From assembly GCA_026991575.1 (NCBI GenBank), contig JALXBF010000164.1:1-39395 (forward strand): a stretch of 39,395 nt of DNA. The letters run 5' to 3'. Position numbers and translations under genes: made by a program. Under the pieces are notes generated by a model. The model had not been told where the DNA came from, ran no database searches, and saw only the letters and a list, made by a program, of their open reading frames with translations. The DNA comes from Planctomycetota bacterium. GTDB lineage: Bacteria; Planctomycetota; Planctomycetia; JALXBF01. Shown one piece after another: positions 18,748 to 28,044 of this stretch (positions within the stretch are counted from its first letter, which is position 1; the number at the start of each line of letters is the position of its first letter).

Positions 18748-19800
18748 ATGACGTTGGGACGGTGGCTTTTTCTGAGGTTCATTCCCTGCCTGGCGTGCTG
18801 TGCCGCGTTCGGGGACGCATGCTGCGCAGGGCCGTCGCGGCAGCAGCCGGAACCCGGCGCGACTAAAGGACGGCCAGCAACGGCCCGCTCCGTGCTGCGT
18901 ACCTGGGAAGAAGAGCGGGCGAAGCTGGAGCAGGCGTGGCGGTCCCTGCTGGGAACGGGGCCGCGGCACGCTCCTGAGCTTTCTCCCCAGGTGATCGAAG
19001 CCGAAGGCCATCCCGCGGTCCTCCGCATCCGGCTGCGCTACCAGGTCCTGACTGGGGTTTGGACCGAGGCTTTTCTGATCGAGCCTCTACGTGACGCAGG
19101 GCCGAGGCCGGGCGTGGTCGTTTTCCACTCGACCAACCCGGCCGCACACGAGCAACCTGCCGGTCGTGCCGATCGGCCCTGGCTTCACCTGGCACTGCTG
19201 CTTGCCCGTCACGGCTACGTGGTGCTAGCGCCACGCTGCTTCATCTTTGAACCGGGAGATACGTACGCCGGGCATGCACGCCGGCTGCTGAGCCGCTGGC
19301 CTCGCTGGACCGGTATGGGCAGGATGCTGTGGGATGGCGGGCGGGCGCTGGACCTGGTTGAGAAGCACCCCAGGGTAGACCGGCAACGGCTTGCTGCCGT
19401 CGGACACTCGCTCGGTGCGAAGGAGACGCTCTACCTGGCTGCGTTCGATCGCAGGGTGCGCGCGGCGGTATTCAGCGAGGGGGGGATCAGTTTGAAGTTC
19501 TCCAACTGGGATGCGCCCTGGTACCTGGGCGATCAGATTCGAGCGCTGTCGCTCGAGCGCGATCATGATGAGCTATTGAAGCTGATCGCACCGCGCTGGT
19601 TCCTGTTGATCGGTGGTGGCGCAGCTGACGGCCAGAAGAGCCGACCGTACGTCGAGCGCGCCAGGGACGTGTACCGGAAGTTGGGCGTTTCCGATCGCCT
19701 GCGGCTGTTCGTGCACGACAAGGGACATCGTTTGCCTGCCGAGGCTCGTGAGGCGATGCTTCGCTTTTTGGCCGAGGCATTGGGGGAGGCGACCCGGTGA
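18748..19800 (+). CDS. Alpha/beta hydrolase (dienelactone hydrolase / acetylxylan-esterase-like family)
   Basis: Nucleophile elbow GHSLG, AAFDRRV, LIAPR.FLLIGG..D, and C-terminal His in HDKGH. The start is uncertain (18661, 18721 or 18748). Confidence 0.85.
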   Translation: MTLGRWLFLRFIPCLACCAAFGDACCAGPSRQQPEPGATKGRPATARSVLRTWEEERAKLEQAWRSLLGTGPRHAPELSPQVIEAEGHPAVLRIRLRYQVLTGVWTEAFLIEPLRDAGPRPGVVVFHSTNPAAHEQPAGRADRPWLHLALLLARHGYVVLAPRCFIFEPGDTYAGHARRLLSRWPRWTGMGRMLWDGGRALDLVEKHPRVDRQRLAAVGHSLGAKETLYLAAFDRRVRAAVFSEGGISLKFSNWDAPWYLGDQIRALSLERDHDELLKLIAPRWFLLIGGGAADGQKSRPYVERARDVYRKLGVSDRLRLFVHDKGHRLPAEAREAMLRFLAEALGEATR

Positions 19801-20504
19801 CGTTCTTGCACAACGTCTTGCTGCTGCTTGCCCTGGTCTGGCCGTCGATCATGACCTGGTTGTACTTCGTCGTCTTCGCTGGCATGCGCTGGATGGCAGC
19901 GGTCTACGGGGTGGGCAAGCTGACGCAGTTTGCACTGCCGGTCGTGTACTGGTGGCTTGTCGGCCGACGGCCGGACTGGCGCCAGCTTCTCAGCACCCGG
20001 CTGTTGGTGCCGGCCGTAGGGTTCGGGGTGTTTGTGGCCGTGGCGGTTGGTGCCGTGTACCCGTACCTGTCGGCTCAGGAGTCGCTCGTCGAGCGGATTC
20101 GCCAGCAGGCGGTTCCCCGGCTGGCCGCGCTTCAGTTAGCGACCCCTGCCGGTTACTTCAGCCTGGTGGTCTTCTACAGCCTGGTGCACAGTTTGTTGGA
20201 GGAGTACTACTGGCGCTGGTTCGTTTACGCTGAGTTGCGTCGCCGGCTTGTGGTGCCCGCGGCAATTGGTCTGGCAAGTGCTGCGTTTGCGGCGCACCAC
20301 GTGATCGTGCTGTGGGTCTACTTTCAGTCGATTGGGCCGACAGCCTTCTTTTCGGCTTGCGTCATGGTTGGTGGAGCGGTCTGGTGCTGGTTCTACGAAC
20401 GGAGCGGGGGTTCGCTGTTGGGCATCTGGCTGAGCCACCTGATCGTCGATGCCGCAATCTTGACCGCAGGTTGGTTCTGGGTGGCGCCGGTGCTGGCCGA
20501 CTAG
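19797..20504 (+). CDS. CPBP-family (Abi/CAAX type II) intramembrane metalloprotease
   Basis: LLEEYYWRW (EExxxR), FAAHH and WLSHLIVD motifs in a hydrophobic protein. GTGA overlap with the upstream gene. Confidence 0.9.
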   Translation: MTFLHNVLLLLALVWPSIMTWLYFVVFAGMRWMAAVYGVGKLTQFALPVVYWWLVGRRPDWRQLLSTRLLVPAVGFGVFVAVAVGAVYPYLSAQESLVERIRQQAVPRLAALQLATPAGYFSLVVFYSLVHSLLEEYYWRWFVYAELRRRLVVPAAIGLASAAFAAHHVIVLWVYFQSIGPTAFFSACVMVGGAVWCWFYERSGGSLLGIWLSHLIVDAAILTAGWFWVAPVLAD

Positions 20505-20573
20505 GCCGGGGCTGCCGCATGCGGTGCGCTGGCAGCCGCTCTAGAATCCGTACAAACACTGGCAAAGGGCACC

Positions 20574-22712
20574 ATGTGGGGCAACGTCATGCGATGGTTC
20601 GGGCTGATCGTTTGCGCACTGGCGATCGGGATGGTGGCCTGGAGCCGCGGCATACGCGGCCGGGCGGGGGCTGATCGATACGACATCGTCGTCTACGGCG
20701 GTACTTCAGCTGGGGTAGCGGCGGCGGTGCAGGCAAGGCGAATGGACAAGACGGTGGTCATCGTCGCCCCGCGTGGCAAGCTGGGTGGCATGACCAGCAG
20801 CGGTCTCGGTTGGACGGACACCGGTCGCAAGGACGCCATTGGCGGATTTGCACGCGAGTTCTACCGTCGCATCAAGGAGCACTACGACCGGCCTGAGGCA
20901 TGGCGTTACCAGCGGCCCGAGGACTACCGCTATTACCGTCCAGACGACGATGCGATGTGGACGTTCGAACCGCACGTGGCCGAAGCGATTTTTGAGGACT
21001 ACGTGCGCCGGTACCGGATCCCTGTCCTGCGCAGGGATCGGCTGGTCCGACCCGGTGGCGTCTTGAAGCGGGGAACGAAGATCACGGCCATCCGGTTGGA
21101 ATCCGGGCGGACGCTGGCGGGACGCGTTTTCATCGACTGCAGCTACGAAGGCGACTTGATGGCCGAAGCCGGTGTTCAGTACGTTGTCGGCCGCGAGGCG
21201 AACAGTGTCTACGGTGAGACGATCAACGGGGTTGCCACTCGATTGAACGTCCATGCCCATCGCTTCCTGGTACCGGTGGATCCTTACCGGCGGCCAGGAG
21301 ATCCCTCAAGTGGCTTGTTACCGGGCATTGACCCGGAGGGGCCGGGCAGGGAAGGTGAGGGGGACCATCGTGTTCAGGCGTACAACTACCGGCTTTGCCT
21401 GACGGATGTCCGTGAGAATCAGGTGCCGTTCCGCAAACCGGAGGGTTACGATCCCCTTGAGTACGAGCTGCTCTTGCGGAACTTCGAGGCGGGTGATCAC
21501 CGTTTGCCGATCCATATCGCACCGATGCCGAATCGCAAGACGGACGTCAACAATCTGGGGGCGGTGAGCACCGATTACATCGGTCGCAACTACGCGTACC
21601 CGGACGGGAGCTACGAGCAGCGCGCGGAGATCGAACGGCAACACGAGCTGTACATCCGCGGCCTGATGTGGACGCTGGCTCATCACCCGCGCGTGCCTGC
21701 GGCGGTGCGTCGCGAGGTTTCTCGCTGGGGGTGGGCCAAGGATGAGTTCGTGGACAACGATCATTTCCCATTCCAGATTTACGTCCGTGAGGCTCGCCGT
21801 ATGGTGGGCACCTACGTCATGACCGAACACGATTGTTGCCGCCGCCGCATCGCGCCCGACTCGGTAGGCCTTGGCTCCTATAACATGGACTCGCACAACG
21901 TCCAGCGGTACGTCACCGAGGACGGCACGGTACAGAATGAGGGCGATGTGCAGGAAACCCCCGGCGGGCCGTACGTGATCAGCTACCGGTCGCTGTTGCC
22001 CAAGGCCGACCAGTGCAGCAACCTACTGGTACCCGTCTGCCTCTCAGCGTCGCATGCTGCCTATGGTTCGATCCGCATGGAACCGGTATTCATGATTCTT
22101 GGCCAGTCGGCTGCGACGGCCGCAGCTCTGGCCCTCGATCAGAGCGTCGCCCTACATGAGCTGGACTACAGTACGCTTCGCCGCCGGCTGCTGGCCGACG
22201 GCCAGGTGCTGGACCTGCCCCCTGGGGCCCAGCCCTACGAGCCGCTGTTCCCGTGGCGACTGCCCGGTATTGTGGTCGACGAAACGGACGCCGAACTGAG
22301 CGGTTCCTGGCGGCCAAGCCGCGCGGTGCAGCGGTATGTTGGCCGCTATTACATGCACGACGGTGGCCCGCAGAGTCGGCCGAGCAGCGCGCGTTACCGG
22401 TTGACGGCGCCCAACGATGGCACGTATCGATTGCGAATTAGCTACACGCCGAACGCGAACCGGGCTACCAATGTGCCCGTCGTCGTTGAGCTGCCCGGCG
22501 GCCGGCGGCTTTCGTTTCGAGTAAACCAGCGTCTTACGCCCTCCGACGGCGTTTTTCACGAGCTCACCCAGCTACGTCTGTCCCGGGGGAGCACGGTGAC
22601 GGTTTACGTGTCCAATCGCGGCTGCGACGGGTACGTGATCATCGACGCGGTGCAACTGTTGCCCGTGGACCGGGCCGAGAATGGCGCGGCGCGGCGGAGG
22701 CGGCAGCAGTGA
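20574..22712 (+). CDS. Exported FAD-dependent oxidoreductase with C-terminal xanthan-lyase/golvesin-like beta-sandwich domain
   Basis: YDIVVYGGTSAGVAAA Rossmann motif, FIDCSYEGDL, YVREARR and GSIRMEP motifs. C-terminal NRATNVPV...GYVIIDAVQL. Confidence 0.88.
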   Translation: MWGNVMRWFGLIVCALAIGMVAWSRGIRGRAGADRYDIVVYGGTSAGVAAAVQARRMDKTVVIVAPRGKLGGMTSSGLGWTDTGRKDAIGGFAREFYRRIKEHYDRPEAWRYQRPEDYRYYRPDDDAMWTFEPHVAEAIFEDYVRRYRIPVLRRDRLVRPGGVLKRGTKITAIRLESGRTLAGRVFIDCSYEGDLMAEAGVQYVVGREANSVYGETINGVATRLNVHAHRFLVPVDPYRRPGDPSSGLLPGIDPEGPGREGEGDHRVQAYNYRLCLTDVRENQVPFRKPEGYDPLEYELLLRNFEAGDHRLPIHIAPMPNRKTDVNNLGAVSTDYIGRNYAYPDGSYEQRAEIERQHELYIRGLMWTLAHHPRVPAAVRREVSRWGWAKDEFVDNDHFPFQIYVREARRMVGTYVMTEHDCCRRRIAPDSVGLGSYNMDSHNVQRYVTEDGTVQNEGDVQETPGGPYVISYRSLLPKADQCSNLLVPVCLSASHAAYGSIRMEPVFMILGQSAATAAALALDQSVALHELDYSTLRRRLLADGQVLDLPPGAQPYEPLFPWRLPGIVVDETDAELSGSWRPSRAVQRYVGRYYMHDGGPQSRPSSARYRLTAPNDGTYRLRISYTPNANRATNVPVVVELPGGRRLSFRVNQRLTPSDGVFHELTQLRLSRGSTVTVYVSNRGCDGYVIIDAVQLLPVDRAENGAARRRRQQ

Positions 22713-23404
22713 AAGTAACCGTTTTCCAGCACGTACCGTTCGAGGGGCCGGCGTACATCGAGCAGTGGGCCAGGCGTCGCGGCGCGCAGGTGGACTGGGT
22801 CCGCTTCTACGAGCCTACCTGGCAGTTGCCGGCCCCCGACGAGCCGGACCTGCTGGTGATCATGGGCGGTCCGATGAGCGTCAACGATGTGGAGCAGTAC
22901 CCGTGGCTCGAGGCGGAGCGAGGGGTGCTCGCTCTGCGGATCGCTGACGACCTGCCCACGCTTGGAATCTGCCTGGGGGCCCAACAGATTGCTGCTGCGG
23001 CCGGCTGTGCCGTTTATCCCGGGCCGGAACGCGAGATCGGCTGGTTCCCGGTACGCGGGCTGATGCCAAACGGACCGGCTTTCCGATTTCCTGAGCAGTT
23101 CACGGCCTTGCACTGGCACGGGGAGACGTTCGACTTGCCAGACGATGCGCTCTGGTTGGCTTCCAGCGACGGCTGTCCGCACCAGGCGTTCCAGCTGGGC
23201 CGCCATGTGCTCGCCCTGCAGTTCCATCTAGAGGCAACGCCGGAGAGCGTGCGTGAGCTCGTGGCACATGCTGCGGAAGATCTCCAGAAGCCGGGCCGTT
23301 TCGTGCAGGCTGCCGACGACATCCTCAGCCCGCCGGAAGAATACTTCCGAGAAGCCAACCGCCTCATGGACCAGGTGCTGGAGTACGTGACGGCCGCCGA
23401 CTAA
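22709..23404 (+). CDS. Type 1 glutamine amidotransferase (GMP-synthase-like GATase)
   Basis: QHVPFEGP, MGGPMSV, LGICLGAQ (catalytic Cys), WHGETF and QFHLE (His-x-Glu). GTGA overlap with the upstream gene. Confidence 0.93.
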   Translation: MKVTVFQHVPFEGPAYIEQWARRRGAQVDWVRFYEPTWQLPAPDEPDLLVIMGGPMSVNDVEQYPWLEAERGVLALRIADDLPTLGICLGAQQIAAAAGCAVYPGPEREIGWFPVRGLMPNGPAFRFPEQFTALHWHGETFDLPDDALWLASSDGCPHQAFQLGRHVLALQFHLEATPESVRELVAHAAEDLQKPGRFVQAADDILSPPEEYFREANRLMDQVLEYVTAAD

Positions 23405-23549
23405 GCGGAACGCAGCCGCTAGTTGGTGCCTGGGCCGCCATGAATCAAGTCGGGCAGTTGAGCCGAGCCGAAGGTCGGTGGCTGCGAACCCACCGGTGGC
23501 CTGGTAGGAAGGGCGGCGTGTTCTGGACCTATCGCACGAGGTGATGGCA

Positions 23550-24683
23550 ATGGTAGACGGGCCGTTGACGGTCGGCGACATTGCGAAGCGGTTGGAACAG
23601 TGGTATCCGCTGCGGTTGGCCGAGGATTGGGATAACGTCGGCTTGCTTGTGGGCCGTCGGAGTCGGCCGGTGACGCGAGTGCTGGTCTGCTTGACCGTGA
23701 CCCCTGAGGTCGTGGACGAGGCGGTCGCAGGGGGGTACGAGCTGATTGTCAGTCATCACCCGGTCCTGTTCCGGCCCACGCAGCGGTTGACCGAAGATGA
23801 CCCCATGGGCTGCATCGCTTATCGGCTTGCCCGGCACGACATCGCCGTGTACTCGCCCCACACGGCCTTCGACAGCGCCCGGGAGGGGATCAACCAGATG
23901 CTTGCGGAAGCGATTGGACTGACCGGCGTGCGGGCGCTGCGACCGGCTCAGCAGCCGGCTGCCTGCAAGATCGTCGTCTTTGTGCCCGAGAGCGATCTGG
24001 ACCGCGTGCTTGACGCAATGTTTGGCCAAGGGGCCGGGATTATCGGTGAATATCTGGAGTGTAGCTTCCGGGTCGCTGGCAAAGGTACCTTCTTTGGTAC
24101 AGACGCGACTAGCCCGACGGTCGGGCAGAAGGGCAGAAGGGAGCAAGTTGATGAGTGGCGGGTCGAAGTAGTGTGTCCGGCGGAGCGGGTTGCAGCCGTG
24201 GTCACAGCCATGAAGGCTGCCCATTCCTACGAGGAGCCGGCCTACGACGTCTACCCGTTGGTTCAGCTTGAAGATGCGTCTGTGGGGGGTGGGCGATTCG
24301 GTACGCTTACCGAGCCTGAACCCCTCGGCCAATTTGCCCGCCGTTTCGGTGGGCTGGTGGGGGCGCGTGTGGTGCAGGTGGTTGGTGATGAGTCGGCAAC
24401 GATCCGATCGGTGGCCATTGCCTGTGGAGCGGGAGCGTCGTTTCTGGGCGATGCAGCCGCTGCCGGTGCCGACGTACTCGTGACCGGTGAGGCCCGGTTC
24501 CATCAGCAGTTGGAAGCACGCCAGCGCGGTATCGCTCTGGTGCTGTTGGGGCATTACGAAATGGAGCGCTTCGGGGTGGAGCGGCTAACGGCACGGTTGC
24601 AGGAGGCGTTCGCTGGGCTGTCGGTGAAGGCTGCCGATGAAACTTCGCCAGTATTGTTCCTGACAACTGGCCTCAGCGAATGA
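23550..24683 (+). CDS. Nif3-like dinuclear metal centre hexameric protein (with PII-like insertion)
   Basis: AEDWDNVGLLVG, SHHPVLF, HTAFD, KIVVFVP...GAG.IGEY..CSF...AHSYEEPAYD insertion, and GHYEME. The start could be 23541, 23544 or 23550. Confidence 0.93.
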   Translation: MVDGPLTVGDIAKRLEQWYPLRLAEDWDNVGLLVGRRSRPVTRVLVCLTVTPEVVDEAVAGGYELIVSHHPVLFRPTQRLTEDDPMGCIAYRLARHDIAVYSPHTAFDSAREGINQMLAEAIGLTGVRALRPAQQPAACKIVVFVPESDLDRVLDAMFGQGAGIIGEYLECSFRVAGKGTFFGTDATSPTVGQKGRREQVDEWRVEVVCPAERVAAVVTAMKAAHSYEEPAYDVYPLVQLEDASVGGGRFGTLTEPEPLGQFARRFGGLVGARVVQVVGDESATIRSVAIACGAGASFLGDAAAAGADVLVTGEARFHQQLEARQRGIALVLLGHYEMERFGVERLTARLQEAFAGLSVKAADETSPVLFLTTGLSE

Positions 24684-25444
24684 TCCAGACGACGGTTCGG
24701 CCCAATGTGCCTTTGGTTCTGATCGGGCATGGCAGCCCGGATGAGCAGGCGAGGCGGGAAGCGGCCGCACTGATCGAGCTTCTGCGACGCGAGGCCCGGA
24801 CACCTGTCTACTGCGGGTACCTTGAGTTCCAGCAGCCTGACGCTCGCAGTGCCATCGCACAAGCGGCTGCTTCGGGCGCTGCAGAGCTGAGTGTCGTTTC
24901 CCTGGTGCTCTTGCCCGGGGCCCACTGGAGCCGGGACGTGCCGCGCCTCCTGGCGGAGGTCGCGTGCGACTTTCCGCAGCTACGGTTTCGCTATGCTCAG
25001 CCTCTGGTGCAGCAGGCCGAGTTGCAGGAGCTTGCACGGGTCCGCGTGCGCGATGCGTTGGCTGCTGGCGCGCAGTGGCGGCCGCACGAGGGTGAGCTCT
25101 GGGTGGTTGCCCGCGGGAGCCGCCGCCGCGAGGTGGATCGTGCGTTGGCTCAGCTGGCGGAACACCTCGCTGCGGATTTTGGCTTCGCCGGCTACGGCCG
25201 AGCGTACGTCAGTGTCGCGGAGCCTACGTTGGAGCAAGTCCTACCATGCCTGCTTGCCCGGCGTGCGGTTATCCTGCCCCTCCTGGCTTTCGGCGGTGTG
25301 CTGGTCAAGCGGATTGAGCGGATGGTCTGCTCTGTGCCGGGGAATGCCGACCGGCTACTGTTGGCCCGACACCTGGGACCGCATCCGTTGCTGGCTGCCG
25401 CGATCATGCGGGCCGCCGTCTCAGCCCCATTGTTGTCACGATGA
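24680..25444 (+). CDS. cbiX: Sirohydrochlorin chelatase (CbiX/SirB family, two-domain)
   Basis: LIGHGS, GYLEFQQP and GAHWSRDVP in domain 1. ARGS...AEPTL...PLLAFGGVLVKRI...HLGPHP in domain 2. ATGA overlap with Nif3. Confidence 0.82.
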   Translation: MIQTTVRPNVPLVLIGHGSPDEQARREAAALIELLRREARTPVYCGYLEFQQPDARSAIAQAAASGAAELSVVSLVLLPGAHWSRDVPRLLAEVACDFPQLRFRYAQPLVQQAELQELARVRVRDALAAGAQWRPHEGELWVVARGSRRREVDRALAQLAEHLAADFGFAGYGRAYVSVAEPTLEQVLPCLLARRAVILPLLAFGGVLVKRIERMVCSVPGNADRLLLARHLGPHPLLAAAIMRAAVSAPLLSR

Positions 25445-25520
25445 ACTGAGCGGCTCCGTCAGCTGTAGAAGTAGTGTTGCCCGGCGCCGCAGGCGATGGT
25501 CAGCTTGTTGCGGAGAACCG

Positions 25521-26633
25521 ATGGCCGAAGAACTGTGGTACGTGTATTCGGATCGGAAGCTTCAGGATGGCAAGACCGGGCCCAGGATCGTGGCGCACAC
25601 GGAGCGGGTCAGCGACACGTTGGCCCGGCTGATGGTTCAGTTGAGCGACTATCCAGCGACGGCCTTTCCTCAGCCAATCTACAGCCACGTCATCGTGCGG
25701 TCGTCCGGGTTAGAGTACAGCATCGTGACGAAGATTTTTCCGCTGTGTGAAACGACGCGCGGTGGGCTGGATTACTTTGCCCAGCACTTCCTGTTCTCCA
25801 CCCAAGACCGGCCCAAAGGGGGACCAGCGTACCTACTGGGGCAGCCGTCCGTGTTCCTGACCTCCTGGGACGGTCGGTCCGGCAAGCTACCGTACCGGAA
25901 ACACATTCCGGACGGTGAGGATCCGCCGCTGCGTTGCGATCGCTGGCAGGACATCGCCGGCGATGCAGGCTGGGCGGGCGTATTGCTACGGCACATCGAT
26001 GAGGGAAAGCCTGAACCGATCTACCTGCTTGCCGAGACGGACGTGCCCGTGATTCACTTGCTTCGCGAAGCGCTAGCCCATCTTGCGCCCCCTCAGCGCT
26101 GGGAGCTGACCTTTTCGACCCACGAACGGCAGTTGCCCAAGAAGGTGCGATGCCAGCTACATGTCGTGCCGCCGTGGCCGAACAAAGAGGAGGAACTGCG
26201 CAAGAAAGGCAACGCGCTGGTCATCAACCTGAACCAGCCGAGGCCGTGCAACGTGGTGCACGAGATGGTTCAGCTCACTCGCCGCGGCAGTCGCGTTGGG
26301 GGCCGGGGCATCTGGCACAGCCAGCCCGCTCCGACCGCCGCGGAACGTCCGCGGCCTGCCTCTGCCACTGCAGCTGCGACCCGGCGCGCTACCACCGCGA
26401 CGTCGCAGCGCGCCGGCCGTGCCAGCCAGCGAAACAGCGGCTCGCGCCGTCCCGTGCCCCAGCTCGGTACCAGTTCGCTGGAAGGGATCTATGCGGAGAT
26501 CGATCATGCCGAGCGGCGTCGGCGACGAATGCAGCTGGTGAAGCGGATCGCCGGCAAGCTGATTGCCTTGCTTCTGGTCGGTGGCCTGCTTGGCGGCGGC
26601 GCCTACGCCGCCTGGTACTTCTGGCTCCGCTAG
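25521..26633 (+). CDS. GAP1-N2/GAP1-M-like domain protein with C-terminal TM anchor
   Basis: ATG 25521 with SD-like GGAG. The sequence MAEELWY...G..IVAHT...LSDY...PIYSH...FAQHF...GGPA and CDRWQDIAGDAGWAGVL...RWELTFST resembles, from memory, planctomycete GTPase-associated protein 1 N2 and M domains. Hydrophobic C-terminus. Confidence 0.6.
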   Translation: MAEELWYVYSDRKLQDGKTGPRIVAHTERVSDTLARLMVQLSDYPATAFPQPIYSHVIVRSSGLEYSIVTKIFPLCETTRGGLDYFAQHFLFSTQDRPKGGPAYLLGQPSVFLTSWDGRSGKLPYRKHIPDGEDPPLRCDRWQDIAGDAGWAGVLLRHIDEGKPEPIYLLAETDVPVIHLLREALAHLAPPQRWELTFSTHERQLPKKVRCQLHVVPPWPNKEEELRKKGNALVINLNQPRPCNVVHEMVQLTRRGSRVGGRGIWHSQPAPTAAERPRPASATAAATRRATTATSQRAGRASQRNSGSRRPVPQLGTSSLEGIYAEIDHAERRRRRMQLVKRIAGKLIALLLVGGLLGGGAYAAWYFWLR

Positions 26634-26742
26634 TGGTCCACGGTGTGCCGGGGGCCCGCGTGTGGATTCCGCTGGTCGGCTGGCACTGAAGCGGACGCGG
26701 TCGTGGTGCAGCTGCTGCTGGCCGTTTCCGCCGCGGCGCCGT

Positions 26743-27027
26743 TCATTCGATGACCGCTTCCGTGCTGCCGCGTTCGAGACCGAGGACCTCACGGTAAACG
26801 ACGGAGCCTGCGGGCAGGCGGTAGATGTAGACGCTGTCGTGCTCAGGATCAATGAGACCGCGGAGGCCGTGTTTGAGCCGCTTGAGCTGGCTTTCGGTCA
26901 GCTCCCCCTCGAACGCCGAGTTCTGCACCCAGTTCAGGAACCGCCGCAGATACTGGCACACCTTGCCTACCCGCCTTTGCTCCACGTCGTAGACCACAAT
27001 GACAAACGGTCTGTTGCCTACCACCAT
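26743..27027 (-). CDS. cas2: CRISPR-associated endoribonuclease Cas2
   Basis: VIVVYDV...RVGKVCQYLRRFLNWVQNSAFEGEL...DSVYIY. ATG 27027 overlaps the cas1 stop. Confidence 0.96.
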   Translation of the reverse strand: MVVGNRPFVIVVYDVEQRRVGKVCQYLRRFLNWVQNSAFEGELTESQLKRLKHGLRGLIDPEHDSVYIYRLPAGSVVYREVLGLERGSTEAVIE

Positions 27028-28028
27028 GCCTTGAGCACCCGGTACGGTTGAACGCCGATCAGGTGGCGGACGAGCTTGTAGCATTCGATGCGCATGAGCT
27101 GCCGGTACGAAACGTTCCGTTTCAAGCTACGATGACGCACCGTCTGCTGCAGGACCGCCTCCCACTCACGCACGAACAGCTTGCGACCGTCCTCGTTTAG
27201 ATAGACCCCTTTCGCGCCACCAACCGCTTGAGTATGCCGATCAGGGTTCAGCATCTTGCGGTTGATCAGGCGAAAGATCAGACGATCGACCAGCAGGGGC
27301 TTGAAGATCTCAGCTATATCCAGTGCCAGGGAGAAACGCCGCTCGGACGGTTCGTGCAGATAGCTGATCGTTGGATTGAGCTGGGTCACGTAGATTTCCG
27401 AGAGGGCAGCCGAGTAGGCCAGGGCATTGCCGAAGGAGATCATGGCGTTGAGCAGGTTGTCCGGCGGGCGACGAACCCGCTTGGTAAACGGTTCGGGCAG
27501 ATCCATGATCTGGTTGAACGCGCCGTAGTAAGCGTCGCGGGATTGGCCTTCGAGGCTCATCAGGGTGGCGATGTCCGGGGCAGTCTTGACCTGCGCCATG
27601 TTCGCCTCGACGACCGCGATGATATCGCCGATCTCACGGCCGCGATTGCGGTAGTAGCGCAAGTTGCGTCGAATGTGGTAGATCGCACCGTAGACGAACT
27701 GCCGGGCGATACGCAGGCGTCGTCGGCCATTGCGGTAGTGCGCTACCTGCTGGACCAGCAGGTGGCCGCTGACGTTGCTCTCACGTGGATAGAACGTCCC
27801 CGTGTAGTAGCCATAGTAGTTGAAGAAGTGCACGGGAATGCCGGCCTGGGCTAGGAAGTTGAGCAGTTTGGTATTCAGCTCGAGTTCTGAGAAAACGTAG
27901 ATATCTCGAACGTCCTCGACGGGTATCGGACGCCGTTGGCGTTGGCCATCCTGCTCGGATTCCAAGTACAGCGTGTTCTGGCGTCGGCGTAGTCGACCGC
28001 TTCGAAACAGGTAATAGGATCTGGCCAT
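27018..28028 (-). CDS. cas1: CRISPR-associated endonuclease Cas1, type I-B-like
   Basis: YYLFRSGRLRRRQNTL, HFFNYYGYYTGTFYPRE, LEG, RRPPDNLLNAMISFGN, ISYLHEP.ERRFSLALDIAEIFKP and C-terminal KAWW, typical of the I-B (Hmari/Tneap) Cas1 clade. Confidence 0.97.
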   Translation of the reverse strand: MARSYYLFRSGRLRRRQNTLYLESEQDGQRQRRPIPVEDVRDIYVFSELELNTKLLNFLAQAGIPVHFFNYYGYYTGTFYPRESNVSGHLLVQQVAHYRNGRRRLRIARQFVYGAIYHIRRNLRYYRNRGREIGDIIAVVEANMAQVKTAPDIATLMSLEGQSRDAYYGAFNQIMDLPEPFTKRVRRPPDNLLNAMISFGNALAYSAALSEIYVTQLNPTISYLHEPSERRFSLALDIAEIFKPLLVDRLIFRLINRKMLNPDRHTQAVGGAKGVYLNEDGRKLFVREWEAVLQQTVRHRSLKRNVSYRQLMRIECYKLVRHLIGVQPYRVLKAWW

Positions 28029-28044
28029 AGCGTGATCCCCCCAG

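Noticed and set aside
23529..24554. Long antisense ORF (341 aa) opposite Nif3, and similar antisense ORFs elsewhere
   Set aside because: These are shadow ORFs caused by GC-rich codon bias on the coding strand, with no family motifs.
24891..25520. N-terminal 210 aa of the listed 580-aa ORF 24891..26633
   Set aside because: It overlaps cbiX in another frame and has shadow-ORF composition. The credible start is ATG 25521 with an SD.
26634..26742. Expected CRISPR array downstream of cas2
   Set aside because: The gap to the convergent gene is only 109 bp, with no repeated 28-37 bp unit and no AT-rich leader.
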